Assembly (NCBI GenBank): GCA_011109175.1
Contig: RDEW01000008.1
Coordinates: forward strand, 326,588 to 390,587
Direction of reading: 5' to 3'
DNA from: Dicyema japonicum
Lineage: Eukaryota; Animalia; Dicyemida
DNA: 64,000 nucleotides
Part shown: piece by piece, positions 27,148 to 39,949 of the stretch
Numbering within the stretch: position 1 is the stretch's first letter
Layout: every line of letters starts with the position of its first letter
Notes under the pieces: model-generated
The model's input: the letters and a program-made list of their open reading frames with translations, nothing else
What the model was told of the DNA's origin: nothing
Databases searched by the model: none
Program-made: the position numbers and the translations under genes

Positions 27148-30100
27148 TCTACAAATAAATAAAATAACAACCAAAGACATAACTCTGAATCATCAGCACT
27201 AAAATGTAAATTAAACCCAAACCTTTTACACTTCTTATTAGAATTCTCCAACCTAAAATGAAATAAGCAAAATACAAATCATTATTATCAGATTCATTAG
27301 TGACAAACTCAACTATACTCTCGAAAGGTCTATTACTACAACAAATATACTTTTGCATTCCACCATATTCTCGTTCAACTCGTTTCAATGGTGTACTTGT
27401 CTCTATCCTCTGGTGAGGCAAATTTGATGACTTTCTAAACTAACTAAAGACCCAACTCATTCACACCCCTTTGATGTTTTCTTTTAGATGGATTCCTATT
27501 AAAAACTACCAAAAACTACGTCACAAACTCAAGGTTTTCAAGTTCCTCAGTGAGATGCTACAGTATTACATAAAAATACTGGTAAAATTGTCTGTCTAAC
27601 TTCAAGAGGGGCAAACACAATTTGTCGATTAAATGAATCCTATAAACTAACACATAAAAAGACTTCATTGACTTTGACAAACAGTTTGTGTGGAATGTGA
27701 GTAAATTCACAGTCTTTATCAGTCAAATGGTAATTGGATGATTTAACAATGATATGCAAGTGCATTATGTCACAAATAGCCCACAAAATCTGTTAATAAA
27801 CAAATGTAAAACTTTGTTAAAGTCATAGTCGACATAATTGTCAGAACAACGATATTCTTTTATTTTTTGAACATAGTGGATCAAATTTTTGTAATTATCA
27901 TTAGTCACAAGCAACACCATAAATGATCCAAGGGCCCTAGAACTTACAAACATGTCAACTTTGATATCTTCAAAAGACCTTCATTGTCATCAATTGATTT
28001 ACAAATGCCGAGAGAAGCCAAAAAATGCACAATGTAAGGAATAACAACTTCTGGAGCTGAGTTTTTATAGGTGACTGATAGTTAGATAAATAAAAACATG
28101 CTGTCTTGCAGAACCGGGAAGAAAATTCCCTCCTTTTATTAACATATTTGGATAAGAATTTCTTTGTAGAATTTTCATCGGTTCCTGTAAGTCCAAGAAA
28201 AGACAAAACAAAAAGACTCATAAACTGAATGGGAAGTTTCATCCAGTCTAATAAATTCTTGACTTTATCCAAAATGATATCCCTCAATTCTCTATGACAC
28301 CGCTAAAGTTTATAAAGTTAGAGAACCTCAACCACACTTTTCGTAGTCTTAGTACTGTCCATCTGATTGACTGTAAGAATGAAAACGTCATAAATCAGTT
28401 TTGGAGAAACAACCGAGTAAATATTACATTTCTGGCATAATTTGATAACTATGAGTGCAGCTTCTGATCGAAAGTGCATTCTTAAACATTCACTAACAAA
28501 TTAATTTTAAACTCACTGTTTCATGGAATCACCAAAACCCTTAACATCAAACAGAATGCACTTGTGCAACAACTCTAAACATTTTTTAACAATCTCCGAA
28601 TTGAGGTGAACCTTACTATACTGACATCCCAAAATAATTCGTTTCAGTAATTTTAAACCACAAATCTAAATTTAACAAACCAATTCACTTTTTTGTGGAA
28701 TAATTCGTCAACATCTTCCAAAGAGATCCACTTTGACTTTGCTGTAGTGGTCTTGTGCTTTAATGAGAATAGATTTAAAAAGTGGTTATTAACAAAATCT
28801 CCCATTTTCTCCAAAGCAAGTCCATCAACCATCTCACAGGACATCCCAACAAGTGTCATTTTGTGGATATAGTCATCATCGTCCACGGAGATGTTAGTAG
28901 AAACCGACTAATTATATTTATTAAAACACAACATTATATATTTCGGGTAAAGGCGAAATATTTGAAGCCATGTGGAGAATTCTTGCAGCAAGCTTAGTCT
29001 CCTTGGATGACTTGGGGGAAGATATTTTACATGAAAGAATTTCCCTTAAGATTCTGAGAAAAATAAGTTAACCCATACTCAAAATTGTCCCCAAAGTCCC
29101 TTTCCATGTTATTTCATATGAATAGTAAGAGTTGCAACGAATTAATCGCTGGAATATAGATAAAAAATGCATAATGACGACTCTCCCCTGTCACACCAAG
29201 TCGTTAAAGTTGAGAGGACTGCCTCCACTAGGAAAAATTATGGGAAATTTGTAAAAAGAATCTAAAATTAAAGTAAAGAAAAAGCCCAATAGTTCCATAA
29301 ATAATATTTCAAATTGTTTTTTGGAAATCAACATGGATTTCTAGATTTGACTGAAATGCTTTTTCATTAGACTGACAGAACTGATAATTTTACTGGAAGC
29401 ATATTCAATCAAATGTATGAATGTAAAAATGGAAAATAAATTAGCTAATAAAACACTGTGAAGATTTTCCACCCCTGCCAAATTAGCTAGTCGATTCTAA
29501 AAAAGAATCATAAATAATTTAAAATAATAAAGAATATTAAAATCCATTTAATAAGAATAAATACATTTTTCGCTGTCATTTCAGAATATTTGAATTCGGT
29601 GTTGATGTAATTTTTAAGAAAAATTAAATTTCCCCTAAAAATTGGCGAATTATCTGTCATAAAAAACTTCATCAGAAAAGTTAAAGTTTTCGGAGACCCG
29701 GTTGAAAGATATTCTTAGTTAAAAATAATAAAACTAGTTAGAGTTGATATTTTGGCATTTATAGAGTCAGTGGAACCTTCAGAATCTGTAATATCTTCGA
29801 GAATCATCAAACATATATTTCTAATCCTCTGAGTCCGTCTTATAATCCCAGTTAGGACGCTTTTATAGTAACAAAAAATACGTTTTCGAAGTCTGATCTT
29901 CCCTTATGAAAATCTCATATAACAGTTTAGCAGTGTTCTCAGGGCAATCAGCCGAAGAAAAAAGGAAAATTAGGCATTCATCAGCAAGCCTTCTGTTAAA
30001 TATTAAACAGAAAACAAATACTTGTCTTCAATATTATGCTGACATAAATGAAGAAGAATCTGTTCCACTACTTTCTGCATTTTACATTCATGCAATGGTT

Positions 30101-31599
30101 TATACTTTTCACTACACATTTCATGAGTTAAAAGTCTAGTCAAAGTCCACATTGCTTTTTTCCTCACAGAAATCTGGAAGAATTAACAATCAGTTACTAC
30201 TTTCTTGTCTCTTGTTTCTAGGAAGAGCATTTCTAGTAATTGAGAGTTAGGATCATCCATTGATTGTTTAATAATAACTCCGACAGAGGTGATGACCTCT
30301 AATCTGACCGACTCGTCATCATGTAAAGTACAAATCTCATCTACGAGAATCACATCTATTCCTACCTGTCAAACACATCCTTAGGGTTTCATCATTCTGG
30401 TAGAGTTTCATTCCTGCTTCAATGCAGGCTTTACAGACATCAACAGAGTCAGATTTAAAACTATCCACTAAAATAGCCACAAAGTACCACGACAAAAAAG
30501 TCTTCCACAGGGAAGTGTATTGGGCCAATGGGGGGCCGTCCTGCAAATTCTTCGAAAAGTAATCGCCAATGAATCTGATAAACTGTACTTTCTCAGCATC
30601 CGCGCACGTATTCTAATATTTAAGAACAAAATACCAATTTAAAATCAAGATGGAGTAAAGCAAGCTGAACAAAACTGAAAGAAATAATACTAAGTTCTTG
30701 GATGACGGAATATATACAGATCAGTGGTTTGCTTTTAAACATGAGACTCTTACAGTACTAAGATTGATTCAAATTGAAAACATTTTGTAGAGAAAAGCAT
30801 ATCGAGTCGTGGGATCTTATAAGGATTTCAACTAGAAGGTCGTGGTGTTCATTATTTAGCTTAAAGTAAAGTTAATGAGAAAACTTTAAACGGGGTTGTT
30901 ATCCACACAAGAAACTGGTCAAAGATGGGATCAAGGTCACGAGAGTCAGAAATGAGATAGGAAAGAGAATTTATCAAATATTCACTCACATCAGAATTTA
31001 GCTTACTAAATGGATAAAATAAATGTAAAACCATTTCAGACCGATTACTCTACGAAATAGGGCAAAAATAAAATCATTTGGATTTTCGAATATGCACACT
31101 ATATTGAAGATATTAATGTAAGATACATTCTGTAAAAATAACAAAAAACTCAGAAACATGTAAAAAACACTCGCATAAGGTGATATCAACGCCATTCCCC
31201 TCATCAAGGGACTTTATATTATCGATAAATAAATGTACGCATTTCTGAGTTAATACTAAAATAAAACCTCTGTTGTTGACTGATCTATGAAAGGAGATTG
31301 AGGAACAGTGAGACGGAACCCTTCAGAGAGAAGAGTACAGAGAAGAGATCTTATTCTTATGGAAGAAGATGATGAAAAGGTAGTCAAAAGGTGAGTGAAT
31401 ATGCTAGAGGTTTGACTTGGGAGAGCTGAATCCAAGTCTTTTATAATTTGATAATATTCCTATAAATAAGCGAAATTTGATTTACTTTTAGTTTCAATAC
31501 AATTTCTTTAAATGGTGATTCTTTTGATAAAAATTTTAATTCTTCTAAGATCATCACAACAATCACAAATCGAATACTACAAGCCCGCTTTTTATTCAT
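27148..31599 (-). CDS. PDS5: PDS5 cohesin regulator (HEAT repeats), more than 20 tiny introns, one lesion cluster
   Basis: The spliced product follows PDS5 end to end: IRSLLCTLLSEGFRLTVPQSPF, SLWKTFLS|FKSDSVDV, HDDESVR, TRDKK|ISVRKKAM, KETKLAAR, FRSEAA, NKRREF, APEVVIPYIVHFLA and LWAICDI. Start is 31599 or 31554; the 3' end is approximate. In-frame stops at 29343, 29240 and 29116. Confidence 0.85.
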
Positions 31600-31689
31600 A
31601 TTTTCTTGAATTTATTTTTAACTTATTTTATAATTTATTAATTATGCAGTTGATAAAAACAAAACTAAATTTTAAATGGATGACTTGAC

Positions 31690-32750
31690 AATCGGCCGCG
31701 TGGAGAAATAATGTTAGCGTGGCCTCAGGTAGTTCACCTTATGTGGTGGCGCTCAATGAGGAAATACACCGAATAGAACCATTTTATTTTTCCCGTCCAG
31801 TCGACTCGTATGCCTAGATGGTATATCTCAACTCGAAACGTGAGGCGTTGCTTGCTCTTCTGGAAACTCTTCCTTTCTTGACAATTGAACAAAACATGGG
31901 ACGAAAACCCCCATTACAATGCAGCTTATAAAAACAAAGATATTGAAACTATGGAGTATTTTGTTTGAACACAAGATCACCTTATTCAAGAGTCAAAACT
32001 TTCTACAAGGAGTGTAGCCCCATTATTTCCTTCATACACCGTAATTAGAAAAGACAGATTTGGAAGTTTAGGGTAATATCATTAAGAATGGTTTGACCTA
32101 CTTTGATGTGAGCACATGAGTGGACAATATAATATTAACATGGCAGAAATTATAAACAAATATCGTTAATGGTTAATGTTATTTCATTTTGACCAACTTA
32201 TACATTCCTACGCCAAGATTCTTTTTTAGAAACTATGTCCAATTCTTCCCCTTACTTTTTTTCACAACATTTGAAAGACGTTCTAGCAAGGGGCTTCCGG
32301 AAACTCAACTTCAACAAAACCTTTCTAAAGTCCATGACCCATTCGTCACAGGAATGCTCTGCCGTCTTATACCATTAGTCTTAAAGCCGACGGTGGAGTA
32401 TGTCTGCGCTTCCCGGGATTACAGAATTTCAAACTTTTACTAGATAAATTCCCTAAGAGCAAAAATGGTCCGCATTGCCAATCTCTGTGCTCAATTATTC
32501 CCCATTTACTTGACAACAAGGTAATACGGAATAATGGTTCCGGCTTCATCACTCTCTGCGGCTCAGAATCCGATCGCTTCTACCAATCAGCGATAGAAAC
32601 CGCCGGTACACGTAAATTGGGGAAAAATCCCACATCTCTCCAAATTATCATGAAAAAGGAATTCTGTGGATTCAGAAAAGCTGTGGGTACTATAGAGGTG
32701 CACAGCAAAAAGGACTTGATCCTGTTAAGGTCTACCGGGATTACTTAATT
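31690..32750 (+). mobile_element. 5' part of a degenerate APE-type LINE
   Basis: IQESKL..PSYTVIRKDR, NLYIP and a SDH-like region of an APE endonuclease. Begins AATCGGCCGCGTGG like the SINE at 32806. Confidence 0.6.
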
Positions 32751-32807
32751 AGATGGTTTACCTCCTTCTTTCTTAGTGCTCCCTTTATCTGGATTAGATA
32801 ATAATAA

Positions 32808-33100
32808 TCGGCCGCGTGGTGCCATGTGGCTACTTGATTGAAAATTTCTCTTCCTTCTGGTGGCGTCATTGGATCCACCTCACTCAGTAGACGCCAAATG
32901 CCTTGCCGGAATTCAAAATGATAAATCTATTTATTCCATCGGGAAACAATTTTTCTCCCTGACGACGAGTTCTGAAATCGATCTCAGCTTCCCGGACAAC
33001 GTTTCCTGGATCACTTTGATTGAGTGAAGGTTCTGCTGGAGTACGTCAGGATCAATAAATTAGTTTGATTTACTCTTGGTCTTTAGAATAATTTGATAGT
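32808..33100 (+). mobile_element. SINE-like element
   Basis: GGCCGCGTGGTGCCATGTGG head, TGGCGTC..GACGCCA stem (32861-32896) and LINE-type tail GGATCAATAAATTAGTTTG..TGGTCTTTAGAATAATT. Confidence 0.6.
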
Positions 33101-33445
33101 TAATTTAACATTTCAGCAGCACTATAACTTCTGATGTTTCTCAGAGGTCATGTAAAGTGCCTCGAAAGAACACCATTCACCCCACTCAATCGGAGACAAT
33201 CCTCTTCTGGCGATATGTTCGAGTCTGGTGTAACCTAGTGGAATCACGTTATTGGTTGATTTGGTTTCATTGTGATCTTTGGATTTTTTCATTTACTTAA
33301 CATGGCGTCATGTACTTTATTAGTTGTAAAGCTCTTGATGCTCTCAAAGTCAATATAATGTATTTATTAAAAAAATCATTAGTGCCAATTAGAGTTCATT
33401 TATCCTGGTGACGACTGAACGTAGCTCTTAAATCTTCTGGCTGAA

Positions 33446-33500
33446 CGTAACTCTGATGACATCGGATCTGAAGGTCGTGGGTTCGAATCCGAAAGATGGA
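33446..33500 (+). mobile_element. tRNA-Arg-like SINE head (not a functional tRNA)
   Basis: TGGCTGAACG A-box-like sequence, TCTGA..TCGGATCTGAAG resembling the tRNA-Arg(TCG) anticodon arm, and a perfect B box GGTTCGAATCC. No acceptor stem. Confidence 0.55.
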
Positions 33501-33539
33501 TCACAAACGTGGTATTGAGTGTGCATGACGTGTGTATTG

Positions 33540-34400
33540 GATTGACAGCTTATTCTGACTGCATAAATTCCGAATCTGTCAAACGGAAGAAACTAAAGAA
33601 ATGCTCGACCCTTGGAGATCGTTCAGTTTTGTCAAAATCACCGTCGAATCTCTCAAGCGGTTTGAAGAATCCCCTCTTTTTCGCAAGTTTTCTTAATTCA
33701 TCGAAATCGTCGGCCGTTTTTAGTTTTCTGTCGAGGTCTTTTAATTCTTGATATAACAGAGGGCAGAGTTGTAACGGGCCTTTAAATAATTTTTTTTGCT
33801 CCATGAGATATTCCTCCATCAAACGATTTGCTGGTACGCCCAAGTCTATTCACATTTTGTAACCAATTCTCCACCACCTCAATCGTTGTATTTCCATCAA
33901 TAGTGGTTCGGTAGCTGAGTTGGTCCCACTTTGAAAATATATATTCTTCGCGGTTGATAACTCGGTACTGGTACATTATAGTACCCCCAAAGCACTTATA
34001 GTACTCCCTAAGCAATTTTTCTCATACTTTAGTTAAAGCACATTCGCGTTACCAATGAACACTTTATGGTTTCGCTTGTGCCATGTTTTTTGATTATCCT
34101 TTCCGCTAGTTTTTCCATCCTTTTCGTTGTAGTCCTCGTTTCCTGATTTCGTCCATATCGTCCGCATCTATCAGTCGGCACCCGATCATTGCGCAATCCT
34201 CCGCGAGTGTCCTTGAAAGACAAGTTCTTGGACGTCCTCTAAATGCAGGAGATACAGATAACCGAAAAATTCTTCCATGGCAGCATTGCATGGAGTCTGT
34301 TCATCCATCCGTAGAATATGTCCAGAAAAGCGCCAGCGGGTTTCAAGTACGTTCAGGCCTATTGGTCCACAATCAGTCAGTATAATTTATTGTTTGAAAT
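33540..34400 (-). mobile_element. Two RTE LINE 3' fragments
   Basis: TRWRFSGHILRMD..RGRPRT and VPANRLMEEY..RKLKTADDFDELRKLA. Confidence 0.75.
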
Positions 34401-34544
34401 TTTCTTTGGCCAAGAGTATTCAAGGAGTTTTCTTAGTTGGCCTCTGTGAAAAGAGTTAAGTTGTTCCATATCTTTATTTGATGTTCCCCAAGTACCTGAG
34501 TTGTACATGAGGACTGGTCGGACAAATCCATAAACGTAATCGCA

Positions 34545-36015
34545 GAGGAACACGAAGGATATAAGTATTTGGGTGTTACCGAAACTCTAAAGTCCCTTAT
34601 AATGCCTGAGACAAAGCGACAAATAACTGAAGGCATCCGTAAAAGAGCAGCGTTATTTTGTAAGACGTCTCTAAATACAAGGAATTTGTTCCTAGCATTA
34701 AATGAGTATGCTGTCTCGCTGCTAAACTACTACATAGGTGTTGTGGAGTTTGAGCCCAAAGAGTATGATGAGATGGATGTTGTGATCCGTTGAGTACTCA
34801 GAGAGAACCATGTCCATGTGCTGGCAGCCAATAAGGAGAGACTATATTTACTCCGTGATAAATTCGGCCGTGGACTGTGTGGAGTAGTCCAACTAAGTGA
34901 GCGCATCCTAATGCGAATGCACGACACCCTGATAGCTGGGTCAAGTGTGTCTGCTAGGAAGCACGCCATAATAACGACCGAGAAAACACGGGCAACCCAC
35001 CTAGGCACTATCAGACCTTTTTTGTCTGCTAAGTATGGTGTTGATGATGGTGGGCTAGTAAATGTGAAGGCGTTGATCGAATTACAATATAATAATTTGA
35101 TGGAAAAGATCAACTTAAAAAGCCTTCATAAGGTCCTCTTCAGAGCATTGGACAACCCACATGTCGACCTTAAGTCGTCGACAATATGGCTAAAATACGG
35201 TGACAACTCACCTCGATCGGAGGCGTTGTACACGTATATGCAAGACCGCAATATTTTTTGGGGTCGATCAACAAATACATGTCCCCACTGTAAGTCAAGG
35301 AGCATGTCGGTTGATCATTTAGCCACTCGATGTGGATCCATGCTCTGCCACGACTATGTGTGGAGGCACAACGAGGTAGTAAGGAGTCTTCATCTTCTAC
35401 TATGCAATAAGTATGGTATTCGCCACACCAGAAAGTTGCGGACTCATAAGGTGCAATCTGTAGTAGAGAACACCAGGGTCCAAATTAAGGTAGACAGTGT
35501 TATCCGTACCTCGGTGCTAGTCAAGCACAATAAACCGGACATTGTGGTACACGATAAGGAGTCTGGCCAAGTCCTTATCATAGAGGTTGGCATCACGTCT
35601 CAAGACCGTTTGCAGACTGTGGAGGTGGAGAAAAAAAGGAAGTATGACTTACTTGCAAACGAGATGGGGCAGATGCTTGGTTGCAAGGTCCTCGTTATTC
35701 CAATAGTAATGACGTGGGAAGGAATTGCAACAAAGTACCACAAGGGTTATCTGAAGCAGTTGGGGTAGATAGGAAGCTCCAGGCCTATCTACAGTCCACT
35801 GTATTAAAGTGGACCCTAGAGAGCCTGACACTGGAGTATAGGAGGCAGAGCCCTGAGATGCCATATGGGCAGAGGGTTCAATTGGACAAGGCGCTCTCGG
35901 AGTTGTTTCAGAAACCAGAATCGGACCTCCCTGAGGAGGCTGGCGAACAGGCAGGGGAGGAAGGTTGTTGATTATTAAATATATTAACTTTTTTTATTGT
36001 TGGTTAAATAAAGTT
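34545..36015 (+). mobile_element. R4/Dong-like RLE retrotransposon, 5'-truncated, young
   Basis: YKYLGV, LNTRNLFLALNEYAVS, ERLYLLR..GRGL, CCHC, RHNEV, NKPD and EVG motifs, with one stop and one frameshift. Confidence 0.92.
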
Positions 36016-36099
36016 CAATTTTATTCTCAATTTAAACTTGTAAAATATATATAAGAAGGAATCAAAGACAAATGTTGTTTTAAAGACTATTTATTGAAA

Positions 36100-36530
36100 A
36101 TGTACATTACATAATTTTCCAGATTTCGTGTACAAAAGTTTCTGTTTGTCTTCAAAAAACTCTTGAATTGCAAAAAAACATTTTTCGACAGATGCCGAGG
36201 ATGACTGAATAATCTTCAGGAGAGACATTTTTACATTCCATATTAATAATTTTAGTTAGGTTGAATTGCAAAAAAACATTTTTTGACAGATGCCGAGGAT
36301 GACTGAATAATCTTCAGGAGAGACATTTTTACATTCCATATTAATAATTTTAGTTAGGTCGCTTTCCAAAATTCTCTTCTCCAAATATTGTTTGATCCCT
36401 GTTTCATCTTTCCCAAAATCTATTGCACTAAGCGTCGAATATGCGTACTCTATTGTACACTCGTTACTTTCAAATTGTAATATTTTTTCTGTGATAAATT
36501 ACTATATAAGAACAACCTGGAGTATGTGAA
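36100..36530 (-). mobile_element. hAT transposase C-terminal remnant
   Basis: Minus strand KIIQSSSASVEKCFF resembles the hAT dimerisation motif (S..VER.FS). Locally duplicated. Confidence 0.5.
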
Positions 36531-36599
36531 TAGTTATGCGAAATAGCGCATAAACTCTGTACTATTTTTTCACTTTTTTCTCCATAATCCACCGGACAT

Positions 36600-38220
36600 T
36601 TGCTATATGGTCACCTGAATCCTGCTTGGACATCCGGTAGAATCATTTCGGCATTTGGCATTAGACGATGTTGTATTATCTTTAGAAGTATTTTGTTGAC
36701 GTGGGGAATTAAGACTGTTGTACGATAGTTTGAACAGTCTCTGCTATCCCCTTTTTTTGGTATTGGAATAAATATAGATCTTTTCCACTCGCGTAGCCAA
36801 ATACAAGTTTCCCAAATTTTTTTTACATAGATTGGTGATAGCTGTCACCGATATAGCCTTCAACGATTAGCTTAAGATGTAGTCAATCCCTGGTGCCTTG
36901 TTCTTCGTTAGTTGCCGTGTAGCCCACACGCATTCCTCCTCAAGGATTTTATGCCCCTCACCAGACGTTGCTTCATCAACATATATGGGTGGGCACACAG
37001 TTTCTGAATATAGCCGTTCCGTACATTCTCTCCAACGATTTCGGAAGTTCTGTTGGCTTAGCAATTCTACACCATCCTTGTCCTCGATTTTACCCATCAT
37101 TTTCGTAAAGGAGGCTTATAATCTTTTTAGTTGTAAATACGCATTCCTAGTGTGACCGCTCTTATATTCATTTTCCATTTTTTGCTGGGTAACCTCCAGT
37201 AGTCTTCTTTATCCCTCCTGGCTGTTTTTTTGAATTCAGAGTTAAGTTTTCTTATCTCGTCTATATTCCTAGAGACTTTAGCAGCTTTACGAGCCTCAGT
37301 AATGTTTAGGGTGTTGACAGAGAGCTACTCAGAGCACTTGGTCGGCGTTTTGTGCTTGACATGTTTTATTGCACCGTTCCTGATAACCAACTGCATATCA
37401 TTCCATAATTCATTAGGTATCCTGCCGTTCAAATTTAGTAATCCAATATTGTGGTTAATTGCGTATGCTGGTGGTATGTTTGAGACATCGAATTTCTTTA
37501 CTCGGGGGTATTCCAAGTGTTACTGAATTTCGTCCTAATTTTTGCAACAAGTAGCTGATGGTCTGTTCCACAGTCTGCCCCTGGATATGTTTTGACGGCT
37601 GTTATAGAGCTTTTCCAACGTTTGGCGCACAAAATATAATCAATCTGGTTCCTAGATATTCCATTTGGCGACGTCCAAGTGTATAATCGTCGTTTATGCT
37701 GTTTGAACCATGTGTTATGTGGCATACACCAAACTTTTGAGTTGAAATCCCCCATTATGTAGGTTATGTCCTTTTTGGATATTAGTTTTAGTGCCTCTTG
37801 AAATTCATAATAAAATTGGTGGATAGATGTTGGGGAATATACTTGCATGACCGTAATATTCAATGGTCGCCCACGGACGTGGATTAGTATTATCTGATCA
37901 TTAAATGTTCTATGACTTTCAATCGCACGTGCAACCTTTTTTGAAGCAATAAGGCCACTCCATTTCTCTTCGCATTAAAGTCATCAGAATAATATATTAC
38001 GAAATCATCAGAACGAAAAAAATTACTGTCGATCCAGTGAAGTTCGCTTACTCCAGGCAGGTCAATATCAAGCCTTCTCTTCCCTTCGCTTAAGCCTCTT
38101 ACATTCCATGTTGCAAACTTGTGAGATTCTGTGTGATGAAGATTCGAAATTTGATGTTTTGCAGTAACGTTGCTTCCAATTAAATCGTAGTAGAGTTTGC
38201 TCAAAAGATATCTTGGCATT
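36600..38220 (-). mobile_element. RTE (BovB-like) LINE, endonuclease and start of RT
   Basis: ATWNVRGL, GVSELHW, QVYSPTS, MGDFNSKV, YTWTSPNG..NQIDYIL, GADCGTDHQLL, KNKAPGID and IPIPKKGD..CSNYRT. Confidence 0.9.
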
Positions 38221-38697
38221 TAAATACAGGGTAGGTTGCTATGTCTTTCCTCATAAACAGCTCTTATATTGGGATAAGTTTCAGAGAATGTTTTTAAACC
38301 ACAACAAACACTCTAACCCTAAAGTTGGGTGAGGGACATTTGTCCCCCTCTCTCTTTACGAAGGAAAAATAAAATTTTTAAGGGGGACCGATATCAAGAT
38401 AGTTTTTTTGGTCCTTCGCAACGCCAGTCTCACGGTGATTCAGATTTATATGTGGAGCAAGTTGTTTCTAGCACTTAAACAAATTTATTAAAGCTAAAAA
38501 AATTATTAATTTTAGCAAAATAAGAAGAATTACTTATGGGGTTAACTTGTTGTCCCGAATAGACTACATGATATTAAATATTTTTATTTAATCCAAAAAA
38601 TATTTATACATTAAATATATTTTAAAAATATTTAAATAAAAATATACTTGTAAAATATTCACGGGGAAATTTTAAAATTTAGTGTGATTAGCTGTCT

Positions 38698-39369
38698 ATG
38701 AACAATTTTTTCACACATATAAAGAACTTGGTGAAGAAAGTGAAAAATTATCATCCCAGCAGACCTTGTCTACTAAAAACAAGGAAAGTATTTAGAAGGG
38801 TCTACAACAAGACATTTGGGAGTAATCTATTACTAACTAATATAATTTCTTACGGTACCATACAATGTTTTAGTGATTTTGTAATTCAACATTATTTTAC
38901 TGACAGCTTTGATGTCCACCGAAGCAGTTGAAATTACAATTATTTTTAGAAAATATGTTTATCATTGGTTCTTTGTTGGGTTTTATTTCCCATTATTGGT
39001 ATTTGGCTCTCGATTTTAAGTTTCCTACATCAAATCTGAAAAATGTGTTCAAAAAGATTATGTATGATCAGCTTTTCGCTTCTCCTGTTATGAACGCTGT
39101 CTTTTTCCTTGGTTTTAATTTTTAAAAAATATAGGAATTGGTTTATTAGAAACAAAACTGTTGAAAAATATAATTTCGGAATTGAAGACAAAGTTATTTA
39201 CAATTATAATTGTATGTGTTATACTAATGTATAGGCAGACTATATATTTTGGCCTCCTCTCCAATTTATTAATTTTTATTTTCTTCCGATCCAGTTTAGG
39301 ATAATCTTTATTGCCATTGTCATGTCATTTTGGGATGCATTTCTATCATATATTAAGTTTCATTACTGA
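38698..39369 (+). CDS. MPV17L2: Mpv17/PMP22 family protein (MPV17L2-like), 4 exons, intact
   Basis: Three 23-nt GT-AG introns (38927-38949, 39112-39134, 39212-39234) give LLTN..SDFVIQ, HYWYLALD, KIMYDQLFASP, ADYIFWPPLQFINFYFLP..FR and WDAFLSYIK. Stop TGA. Confidence 0.88.
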
Positions 39370-39949
39370 TATTTATACAAACTCTTGTTTATTCACTTTT
39401 TGTCTCATCACTTATATTGAAATCTTAGATATCCGAGTCTTGTGGTTAATTAGTCTGTTATTCGTTTGCTTTTGTTAACCAATATGGTCATATTCCACTA
39501 AGTTATAGTTCAATCTGTGAGAATTCAAGTTTTGATGTCACAATATTCAGCTTATGTTAACTATCAATGGGGATTACTCACACCAAGTTATAGTTCAATC
39601 TGTGATAATTCAAGTTTTGATGTCACAATATTCAGCTTATGGTAACTATTAATGGGGATTACTCACAATAGTGTCAACAGTGGAAAATAAATATCAATGT
39701 TATTCCTTATGGGATGACATCGTGACTACGGTTCACAGGGGTCACTTGTAAGCAAATAGAAATTTGATGGTCGATCGCAAACTACTGTGGAAGATAGTTA
39801 AATTATCGAACAAACTATTGATTATTATTTTTCCCATAATAACTTAATTACTATGTCAAATGGAATATTAATTGTACAAAAATAATTTTTATGACAAAAA
39901 CTAAAAGCAATAAAGGGTGCTTATTTAGATAACAACCCCCATTACTACA

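Noticed and set aside
33446-33500. Functional tRNA gene or hammerhead ribozyme (CTGATGA..GAAA)
   Set aside because: There is no acceptor stem for a tRNA, and hammerhead stem II does not close directly after CTGATGA. Treated as a SINE head.
38315-38545. piggyBac-like MITE (TAACCC...GGGTTAA)
   Set aside because: The terminal repeats are too short and degenerate, and there is only one copy in the window.
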